From assembly GCA_016748015.1 (NCBI GenBank), contig JAAOMT010000684.1, positions 248,001 to 312,000 of the forward strand: DNA of 64,000 nt, in the 5' to 3' direction. Below the pieces are notes generated by a model. It was not told the DNA's origin. It saw only the letters and a list, made by a program, of their open reading frames with translations, and did no database searches. The stretch's first letter is position 1, and every line of letters starts with the position of its first letter. This DNA is from Geosiphon pyriformis uo1 (lineage: Eukaryota > Fungi > Glomeromycota). Made by a program: the position numbers and the translations under genes. Below, in pieces: positions 53,401 to 64,000 of this stretch.

Positions 53401-56149
53401 TAAAATATGCTAAGCTTCTAACTAATTAAGAATGTTATCAACTTTTAAAAAAAATACATATTTTATTTAGTAATTATATTTAATTATTAGTAATTTACAC
53501 AAAATTATAAAGATCTTTTTTTCTTAGATACTACTATAACAAAAAATATTTACTTACTCTTAATTTTTTGTATAAATCTAAGTTTTTTATTTGATCTATT
53601 TTTTTTGATTAATTTATTATTTTATCAATTTAATTAATAAAACTTTAGATAAATTGGTCGAATAATTTTGGTTTTAATCACATGTTAAATAAAATTTATT
53701 CAACCAAAATGTTCTTTTTGATATTACAAATTTATTTTAAGTTAACAGATTTTTAATATCAATTTTTTAGTTATTTTTACTGGTTTTTTTTGCTCATTTA
53801 TTAAAAATTGGACTTTAAATACTTTTTTTTCAAATAATTTTTGTACAGCTTTAATTTTTTTATTACTATTAAAGATAGTAAAAGCTAATTTGGTCTTTTT
53901 TTTCAAAGTCTTTAAAATCATCAAAATTATTATTATTGCTGCTTTGTTGCTATTATCATTGGATTACAACAGAAAAAACAGTCTAATAAAAATATTTAAC
54001 TATAATTAATTAGGTTTTATTTCGAATTATAAGTTTATAAAGTTTATAATTTAAGAGAGTTTTTGTTTTTATTAACTATTTATTTCTAATAAATATGATA
54101 TAATTTTTTGCTTTTAATATTTTTATAACAATTTTAATATAAACTCTATTGATTAAATAATAATAACTTTGACAATTCTTAGAATTTTTTTTTCTTTATA
54201 AATATAGTCATAAATTTGATTGATAATTCATCAATTTTTTTTCTAACTATATCTAAAAAAGTATTAAACTATAATACTGACTGATAAACTATTATTTAAT
54301 ATTAGATCTATAAAATACTTAATAATCTAAATCTTGTAAATAAAGAAAATAATATTATTACTAAAAGCCAGTATTATTTATTAAAAATATTTGTTGATCT
54401 TTGATTGTTTTTTTTTAAATATTAATAATTTTTTGAAGTTTTTTCAAAACTATTAATGTATTATAAATTGATTAAAAGTAATATAAACAGATATTTTCAT
54501 TAAATTTTTGAATATTTTTAGTTTAAAAATTTTATCTTTGTTATTAAATATTAAAATATTAGTATTAAAATCCAAATTAAAATTTACTTTCTGTTTTTTA
54601 AATCTGATACAATTTAATAGTTTGTTACTATATTTTTGTATTTTTATGTTATTATTAGTTAAATCAAAACTAAATAAAAAGTTTTTTCTTAGTTTGTATT
54701 TTTATTCTTAAAAAATGTCTTTATTAATTTAAAAACTAATATTCTGGAGCTTTAATTAAGAGATTTTTTCTAAAAAATTAATATAAGCCTGATTAATATT
54801 TGAATTAAGAGTTTAATTATTGTTTTTATTATTTGCTTAATTATTATTTTTTAAAATTAAAAGAGATATCAAATAATTATTGCAATTTTGTGTCATATGG
54901 CCAGTATTTTTATATCGATAATAGACAAAAAAATTTTAGTCTTTAAGTCTTGAATTATATTAAAACTGTTGAAACTAATTATATTAAGATTAATATTAGT
55001 GTTTTAAAAATCTTTGGTTTTTTTATACAGCTTTTGTTAATAGTTTTAAAAATCAAACTAAATTTGCTATTAATTTATTTATTAATTGTTTATTATGATT
55101 TTAAACATAAGCAGTAAAAAAAGTAGTAGCCAATTAAAAAAAAAATTAAAAAAAATACAAACATTAAAAAAAAGCATATTTTTTAAATATATTTATTAAT
55201 TATCTTCTATTTACTGTTCTATTTTTATGATTGTATTTAAGATTGAATTATCTTTAATAGTAAAAAAAAGTTATATAACATAAAATAAATTTGTTCTTAA
55301 TTTTTTGGTAAATAAATATATTTTCTGTTTAGTTTTTTTTTAAATTAACTTGTTTTATTAATTTTTAAATTGCTTTAGCATATTTAATAATTATTTTTTT
55401 TGGATTTTGTATTCTTTTTTCCAATTTTATTTTTTATTTAGATATTAATATTGTAATATAAAAATTTTTTTGAATCAGATAATAAAAAAATTTGTATTTT
55501 GTTTAGTATTTTTATGTAATTATTAAATTATTTATTAAGTAGTTTTATTATTGGTTTTTTAAATAAATTATATAATAGAAAATCCTTGAAAATATTTTCC
55601 AATTATTTGAAACTTATAATTATTGTTATATTGGTTTATTATAGTAGTTTTATTAAAATTTTCAAGCTATTTTATAGAAAAAAGATCTGAATTACTTAAG
55701 AAAAATTTAAACACAGAGACTATTTTTTAGCTTTTTTTATTTTTTGGTTCTAAAAGTGTTTTAAATTGTTAATAAATAATTATTTAATTATAAATTTGTT
55801 AATTTAAATTATTAAATTCAAGAAAAAGTTAACTAAAAATAATTGAAAATATTAATTGATTTATGTAATTGTTTTTTGTTTTAAATTTTTCTTTGAAATA
55901 TATTTGATTAAAAAAGTAAATAATTAACTAAAAACTAATTTCAAAAATCTTAAAATTTTTAGCTAAACTGTTTTTTAACTGGAAAAAAAATAAAGCAAAA
56001 TAGAAGAAAATTAAATTTAATATATGCTAAATTATTTTAATTATATACTATAAAATAATTTTGGGTTTTTTGTATTAAAAAAAGTAATTACTTATATAAT
56101 AGTAAATAATCTAAGAAATTTAATAATCTTACAGAAAGCACTATTTTTA

Positions 56150-56702
56150 TGTTATAGTTGAATTAACAAGCTAATAAATAATAAGAAAAAACAATATTAT
56201 ATACTAATAAAATATAAAAAATAATAATTCAATTTTAATAAATAAATTGAATTATTAAGAATTTAATATGTAAAATTAGTTTTATAAATATCTCAATTGT
56301 TATTTTTTTCAATAAGTAATAAAAAAATCTAAAAATAAAAAGATAATTTATACTGTCAACAAAAAATAATATATTAGTATTATTTTATATTTTATATTAA
56401 TTTTCTTAAAATTTAATATTAGATATCAGTTGTACTTTTTAATAAATATTTATTTAATATACTTTACAAAAACTAACAATTATATAAATAAAAAAAAAAT
56501 AAAAAAAATAGTAAAAAAAATAAAAAGTTAATATTATTATATTAATTTAAATATAATTTAAGTATAAATGTATTTTTATAGCTTAAAAAAGTTTTACTTA
56601 TATATTTACAAAAAAAAATCAATAATTAGGTTAATAATCAAGTTAATAATCAAATTAATGACTTATTTTAAAAATAAAATAGCTAATTATATAATATTAA
56701 TA
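56150..56702 (-). repeat. 5' LTR of the Gypsy element (outer end truncated)
   Basis: Direct repeat of 49870-50395; begins TGTTATAG on + strand; lacks about 75 bp present in the other copies. Confidence 0.85.
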
Positions 56703-59700
56703 TTTTTATAGTCTTAAAAAACAAATTTAATAAAAATAATATATATTATAGTATTAGTTTAAAAAATAATTTGACTTAAGTTTATTTAACTTATTTGCTA
56801 ACTGTTTAATAATAAAAATTTTAATATAATATAACTTAAAAAAATTCGAAAAGTTATTAATTATATCTTTATTAATGAATTTTTAATTATTAATATTACG
56901 AATTAAAATATATATAAAGCCTTAGATTTTGCCAAATAAAATTATTTTAAAAATTTAACTTTTATATTAGCTTTAAATAAATTTGATTTTTTTGGATATT
57001 TGTATTTAAGTAACAATTTAATTAGTATATAAACTATTTTTAAAGACATTTTGTATTTATTAATAAATAAAATTTTTAGTAAATTTTAAATATGTATTGT
57101 AAATATTGACAAAAACAAATAATTATCTAAATTTTATAAATTAAAAATTTTGGTGTTTAATATTATTAAAAAATTCAAAAATAGTCTTAATATTAAGCTT
57201 AATTAATTAATAAATATTTGGATATTTGTTAATAAAACTAAGATTTTACTAATATAAAATATGTTAAATATATTAAGCTTAAAAAATATGTGTTATATTT
57301 CATTATATATTAAAAAAATCTAAGTATTACAAGTTTTATTTAAGTAAAATTTTAATAATATTAAATTTAAAATTAATAAAATCATAAAAAATTGAATTAA
57401 AAAAATAATACTTAATAATATTTTAAACATGTTATAATATTATAGATAAAATTTTTGTTTTTTAATTTTTATCTATTTACTTAACTATAATTAACTATAT
57501 GTATTAATTATTAATAATATATAATTAATTAGTCTATTTTTAAAATAAGTTGTTAATATAATTATTAATTTAATTATTAACTTAATTATTGACCAAATTA
57601 TTAATTTTTTTTTAATTATATATAAGCAAATCTTTTAAAAAACAATAAGAAGGTATTTACACTCAAATTATACTTAAATTAATACAATAATATCAATTTT
57701 TTTATTTTTTTTATTATTATTATTATTATTATTTATTTTTTTTTCTTAATTTGTATAATTTTTAATTTTTATGCAGTATATTAAATAAATGTTTACTAAA
57801 AAGTACAACTAATATGTAATATTAAATTCTAATAGTACTTATATAAAACATAAAATTATACTAATGTGTTATTTTTTATTAATAATATAAAACTGATCTT
57901 ATATATTGAATTTTTATTAATCCAATTTGCTTATTAAAATTAAATTACTTTTTTGATTATATTATTATTATATAATAATATTTTTCTTTACTATTTCTTA
58001 GCTTATTAATTTGACTATAATAATATTAATATATTTTCTTAAATTATATAAATAATAATATTTTTAGTGATATTATAACTTAAATTATATAAAAAAAATT
58101 GAATATTATTATTAAAAATTTGTTTAATAACAAAATGGTAAAATTATTAAATATTTTTAATAAACTTTAAAAGTATTATAATAATAATATTATTAATTTA
58201 CTTTTAAATTTTTTAAATAAATATTTAACCAAAATAATATTAACTCTATTATATAATATTTAGATTTTTATAATTCTCAAGCCTTATAATTAAAATAATA
58301 TATTTATTATTTAAATTATTGTTTTTAATAAATTAAATTTTATCTGTATATAATAAATTTAACATTTTTTATTATAATAATTTTTTTGTCTTAAAAAATA
58401 TTAACATTTAATCTTTTATTTTTGTGGTTAGTTTAATTATTAAAAATGCTTTAAAAAAAATTTAATTAGTTCTATAAAACATATATAAAACATATAATTT
58501 AATAAAATAGTTTTATTTAAAAAAAATTTAGTATAAATAAAAATATATAAAAAATATTAAGTTTTTTGGTAAGATTTACAATAAAAAAACTAACAAAATT
58601 ATGACAAATTTTGAATTAATAGATAGATACAAAATTTACAATAGCTTAAATCAAAGAATATATTTTTATTATTGTTTTGGAAAAATTTTTATGATTTTTT
58701 TTGCAAAATTAAAAGATAAAAATATTTATGTAAATATAAAATTAATTCAAAGTTTATAATAAAATTGAAGTAAATATAATTTTTAATTAGTTAATATTAT
58801 TTTTTATTATTAAAGTATTTATTAATCATCTTATTTAAATTAACAAATTTTTGATTGTTTTATAATATATTTTAAATATTATAAATAATTTTTTTGATAT
58901 CAATAATATTTCTATTAATAATAAGAAAACAATAATTATTTTTATTAATTGTTAGATTAAAAAACTTTGTTTAAATATTAGTAAATTACTTATTTTAATT
59001 GCTAAGAAAAAAAAATGCATAAATATTTAGAAATTTTTTATTAATTAAAAAAATATCTGTTTTTAGCTTAAAAAAAATGAATATAAATGTTAAGTTTTTT
59101 GTAAATTTGGTGCTAAAAAAAATTATATCTAATAAACAATTTTTATACTTAGTTTTAATTGCTTTGTAGTTTATTATAAGTTATAAAATTAGATTAGTTT
59201 TGTCTTTAAACAAATTTGTATTAAATAAAACTTAAATATTAAGAAAAAACTAAAATTTAAAACGAATTTGTTAAGGAATTTTTTTAATAAAACTGTTTAT
59301 TATTCTTTATTTTATGGTTTTAAAACCTTTAAACAAATTTAATTAAAAAAAAAATAACCAATTTAAATATATATTAATGTAAATAAGATTTTTAAGCATT
59401 TTTTAATTATTAAGTAATAAATTTACAAGTTATATATTGGTTTTTATAATATTTATTTTAATTTTTTATTAAGTTATTAATAAATTTTGTAAACAATTTT
59501 TTGATAAATGTTATTAAATATTTATTAAAATACATTTTGTTTTTAAGAAATGATTTATTTAATATTTTTTATTTAAAGAATAAAGTTTTAATATTAATTA
59601 ACTTAAACTAGTTGTTTTATATTAATTTAGTTAAGTTTCTAAAAAAATTTGATATTGTTTTTATTAACCAGCTTTTAAATTATTATAGTTTGGGCTTAAT

Positions 59701-60570
59701 TTGAAAAAATTTTTGTTATTAAAAGAAATTAAATTTAAGAGATTTAGTTTTTGTTTGGTTTAATTTAATTATTAAGTTTTTTAACAATAAAAGTTTTATT
59801 GTTTAATGTTTTTTTGTCTTATTTTTCAAAGTTGTTTTTTTGTTTTAACAAATACAATAAATTAAAAATAGTTAAAAATTGTTTAATAAATGCCAATTTA
59901 AATGTTATTAATATTTATATAAATAATTTAATTAAAAAATTGAGTTTTTTTGATGTTATTATTAGTGTATTTACTTATTTTTTAGATTTAAATTTTAGAA
60001 TTGGGCTGGATATTTATGGTATTTTTTTATTAATTTTGGCTAAATTATATATAATAGTTTTTGTTTTTATCTGTATTTTTATAAAAAATATTATTTTTAT
60101 TAAATTAAATAATTAAATTATATTAGATATTTATATATTAGATTTAAAATATTGTTGATTTTAATTTTTTAATAAATATATTATATTAATAATATTATAA
60201 TTTGTTAATTTAATAATATAAATAATAATTAGATAAATACAATTTTTAATATTTTAATAAGCTTTTGTTTTATTTTATCTTATAATATTAAAAAACTGTT
60301 TTTAGTCACTTATAATTATTTTGTTTCTGATAATACTTAATAATTTGTGTATAATTTGTTTAATTTTGTTAATTTTATTGCTTAAAAAGCCAATTATATT
60401 AAATAATTTCTTAATTAAAAATTTTAATTTGTTATATTCAAATAAATAAATATATACTAAATTAATTAGATTATTTTTTATTGTTTTATATTTCTATTTT
60501 ATAAAAATATTACATAAAAAATTGTTGGCTATATTAAAAAATTGTATAATTTTTTTTTTAATATTTTAAC
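56703..60570 (+). mobile_element. Heavily mutated non-LTR retrotransposon (LINE: endonuclease-RT-RNase H), interrupted by a solo LTR
   Basis: Relics INYIFI (IDYIF, ~56858), VFINHLI* (AFVDDTIW, ~58815-58838), INNISINNKKT, HKYLEIFL, and RNase H region IYINNL...LAKL (ORF 59799-60116). Boundaries approximate. Confidence 0.75.
57435..58022 (+). repeat. Solo LTR of the same Gypsy family, inverted relative to the full element
   Basis: Reverse complement of 49870-50470 and 56150-56702. Termini eroded to TA...TA; flanks ATGTTA and ATATTA are a candidate target-site duplication. Confidence 0.85.
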
Positions 60571-60589
60571 AAATGAAGTCTAATTATTA

Positions 60590-63500
60590 TCTAGTATATA
60601 GAACCAAATTAAGTAACACAAACTAAATGTAATTTACATACTTATTACATGTGACTAATTACTTAGACCAAACAAAACAACATTATATATTTATATAAAC
60701 TTTTATATTATTATCTAAATTAAAGAAAAACAAATATAATTTGTGTTAACTAAAGCTCACTTCAAAAAATTTAATCATTCCAAAAAAATAAACCACACTA
60801 TTTGACAAACCAACCACCAAATTAGCAGTCATATTAGATATTATACTATTATTGTTTATTAAATCTGCTCTCTTTATATCTGTTCTAAACTTGGATCTAA
60901 TAAGCCAAATCTTTAAATAATGCTTTTTATTAGTTGTTTTATAAATACAACCATGATTATTAAAGCTTTTTTTTTGTTTTTAAAAATTATTATAGCTTCC
61001 AAACACTATTTTCTTAGTACAAACCTCTTGCAATTTGTAATATATAAATTCATATTAACTAAATACTTAAAAAAAGTTCTTAGCATAACAAAAAAAAAAT
61101 ATAAATACTTACCAAAAAAACTCAAATATTAAAGAGCTTTATTAGTATTTCTTTGCAAATAGCAATATTTTTAAGATAAATAAAGACATAATCTAGAAAT
61201 TCTACTTTATTATATAATAAATACAATACTTTAAAATATTTTCTGTTATATATTCTCTTTTTGACAACTATAAACAAACATTTATGCACAGCTTTTATTA
61301 AATATGTATACAAATTAACAAACTCTTTACTTATAAAACCAGACAGTATATGCAAATTAAAATATTATATTTTTATAGTAAATAGCCAATTCATTTTTTA
61401 AATTAACTTACTTAATACTATAAAATAATTAAAACTATATTTTTATTAAACACAACAGATAAATTTATACAAATTACAGATAAAGTAATAAATATTGTTA
61501 AAAACAGCTGCATTTTTTAATACAATAAATTGCTTATACATTCTACTTAACAGAGATAATAGGGAATATGTAGTTTTATTTATTATTCAATCTGTTTTAA
61601 TATTGCCTAAAACATCTAAATAGCTTTTAATCTTAATTCAATTAATTTAAAAGTCTTTATTTTTTATCAAATTGGCAATATAACTTTTTTTTATTCAATG
61701 GCAATTGCAAAAGTTAAGCACAATAAATTCAATTTCAGATTTATATATATTAATAATAGTCTAATTGTTTAGATACAAAACAACTATATAAAAAAATAAA
61801 ACACACTCCAAAAACAAAGCAACAGTCTACAACTTGGTCATTATAAATAACAAAAAACTATGTATTTTAATATTAACTTTTAAATTTATTACCAAAAAGT
61901 ATACAACAGCTCTACAAATAATTTCAAAAAAACTTATATTTTTAATAACTTATTTATATATACTTCAATACTAACTGATCAAACTTTATGTAAATATTTA
62001 CAAACATTAAAAAATTCAACAGATTCTAAAATGTTTGGGCCATAAAATTTACTAATTTAACCAAAATCAATCAATAAAAATTAATTATTATGCAAAAATT
62101 TTGAAGCCAACTTAAACTAAAGTGGTATAAAGTCTTTGAGATTCAACTTTTTTCAACAACCAAATATTTTTTAATCTATTATATTGTATTTTTTGTCTAA
62201 AAATCTATCATTAAATATCATTTCAAATTTTTTTAAAAAATACACTAAATTATAATATAAAAAATTTTTTAAAATATCTAATATCAAAAACTTTTTAAAA
62301 CTGCAAAATAGACTAAATAAATTTTTATTTAGAAACATATTATTAACCAAAAAATTTTTTACAACTCCAATCAAAAAATTATTGATAAAACTAACATGTA
62401 ATTTAACAGAATAATACAAAAAATTTAAAGAAATTCAGCTTAAAATCTATAAATTTAAATGCTTATAATCAAATAAATACTTAAAAATACTTAAAATATT
62501 AGCAAAAACTATTACTAATACCAATTTATTTTTAGTTTATATCTGTTTAAACAATTTCAAATTATATAAAAAAAGATGATACAATGTTTTATTGAGAAAA
62601 TTACATGGAAAATTGGCTTTAAACTTAAGATTTTTTCTAACTATAATATCTTATTTATAACATATACTTAATAATACAAAGCTAAATTAAGATTTATAGT
62701 CAACTATGAATTGTAAAATAGCTAATACCAAATAAAAATTTTTTTTGTTTGTAATAGCTTTTTTAAGTATTATGTTAACAAAAAATCAGATATTGAAATG
62801 TGTTTTAATAATATTAAGTTTAAACAAATTTTTAATTAATAAAAAAATTTCTAAATATTTGTATGATTCATTTTTCTTGGCAATTGGAATTGGCATGCCA
62901 CTAATTTTTAGAGAAACTGTTCTAATATCTTGATTAATAAAAATAGCTACTGTTTTTTTATTGTTAATTGAAATATTATTGATTATAAAAAATTTGCTAA
63001 TAATATTTAAAGCATATTGCATAGAAAACTGGTTATTTCTAGCCCAGATTGTATTATCAACAAAAGTATTAACAGCAAAAAATAAAGTCAAATTCTTATT
63101 ATTTTCTATTTTATTTATTTTAGTAATAAAATTAATATTGATTCAATAGTTACACAAATGTTTATGTCTCTTGACTTTATACAAAAAAAGATCATAAAAA
63201 ATTTTATAAAGAAAAAGTGAGAAAATCTTACTTTGATCCAATCTATTATGTATTTTATAACCATTTAAGAGCTTAAAATTAGTTATTATTCTATTAATCT
63301 TATTTTTATATATACAGTTAAAAAACTTAATAAATTGTTTACATATTTTAATATATTACAGACTAGTCTTTAAATAATGTCATTTAACTAAGTCATAGAC
63401 TTTGTGTATATTCTATAAGACCAATTAAAGTTTTCTATTCTTTTTCAAAACATTTTTAATTATTAATCTAATAGCAAACACAAAAGACTAAGTTGAGGTA

Positions 63501-64000
63501 CTTTTTAATACAAAAAAATTATTATTATAAAAAACACTAAACTTGTTGCATGTAAATAAAATCTAATTAAAGAGAATCTTAAAAAAATTTTTTTTCTATT
63601 TTAATTTATGCAATAGGTTGAATATTTGTTAAAATGCTATTCTATTTATAAGGCTTAGAGATTATTAAGACTAATGTTCTCTTTTAAAGAACTGGAATAT
63701 TACCTAATAATAAATAAAAATTTATTAAATCTAAAAAACATTTTATTATAGTATTATTATTATATCTTCAAAACTTATTAAAAATACCAAATAAACTAAT
63801 AATTTTGTTATTAAGCAGATTATTTACTATTAAATACAGTTTATTTATGCTAATTTTTTTTATTATACCAAAAAAAGTATTATTATTTACATAGGTTAAT
63901 GAAACATATTGGTATGCTTAAAGCTTATATAGCATTAAAAACATAGTATGTTTTTTTGTTTATTCTTCTATGATTTTATTAATACTAATTTTTAATTTAT
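60590..64000 (-). mobile_element. Second LINE copy of a related family (RT-RNase H-zinc finger), runs off the window
   Basis: ORF 62786-63091 has TFVDNTIW...NNISINNKKT...YKYLEIFL. RNase H relics TKL*TVAL.LECV and *IKIKSYLDVLGN (~61600-61840). Zinc-finger relic YLLYNKVEFLDYVFIY (ORF 61122-61355). Confidence 0.85.

Larger units (their letters stand above)
49870..56702 (-). mobile_element. Heavily mutated Ty3/Gypsy LTR retrotransposon (gag-PR-RT-RH-INT)
   Basis: Minus-strand relics in Gypsy order: zinc knuckle YYRYKNTGHMTQNC (54882-54923), protease LILNNS (~54290), RT FCVNY**LN (~53490) and VYFNNIIIYS (~53200), RNase H ITYNSRT...EKNY (~52700), integrase FNRIEINVIK...YLIK*IKAK (~51870-51985). 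Flanked by direct LTRs. Confidence 0.9.

Noticed and set aside
50798-63149. Short I/K/N/F/L-rich ORFs in the AT-rich block (e.g. 50798-50992, 54508-54711, 60920-61132, 62745-62933, 62961-63149) as membrane-protein genes
   Set aside because: Antisense or in-frame by-products of eroded retroelements; composition artefacts.
48000-64000. AT-rich block as mitochondrial, Mollicutes-endosymbiont or alternative-genetic-code DNA
   Set aside because: Contains nuclear Gypsy and LINE motifs. Stops are TAA/TAG at W, Q and R positions and catalytic residues are also destroyed, so this is mutation rather than recoding.

Overview
AT-rich, intron-containing fungal genomic DNA, most consistent with Glomeromycotina (Mucoromycota). 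Taxon is an inference from gene content, short GT-AG introns and repeat families; the LINE translation resembles what I recall of Geosiphon/Archaeosporales repeats, unverified. The window has two sharply different compartments. About 1-47.5 kb is gene-rich: chromate transporter, Tc1/mariner remnant, Sel1-repeat protein, auxin-efflux-carrier-family transporter, P450 pseudogene, membrane-anchored alginate-lyase-family enzyme, F-box protein, Ca2+/H+ antiporter, tRNA-Gly(TCC), an atypical P450, syntaxin, two cell-surface proteins, Cdc1-like metallophosphoesterase, NiCoT nickel transporter, secreted PI-PLC-like enzyme, a spliced metallothionein missed by the ORF track, a small putative nuclear protein and a GPCR. 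About 48-64 kb is a nest of dead retroelements (a Ty3/Gypsy element with both LTRs, a solo LTR, two convergent RNase-H-bearing LINEs). Their catalytic motifs are still aligned but have been erased largely by C>T/G>A transitions on both strands, a RIP-like signature that is the most notable signal. Splice models and repeat boundaries were read by eye and are approximate.
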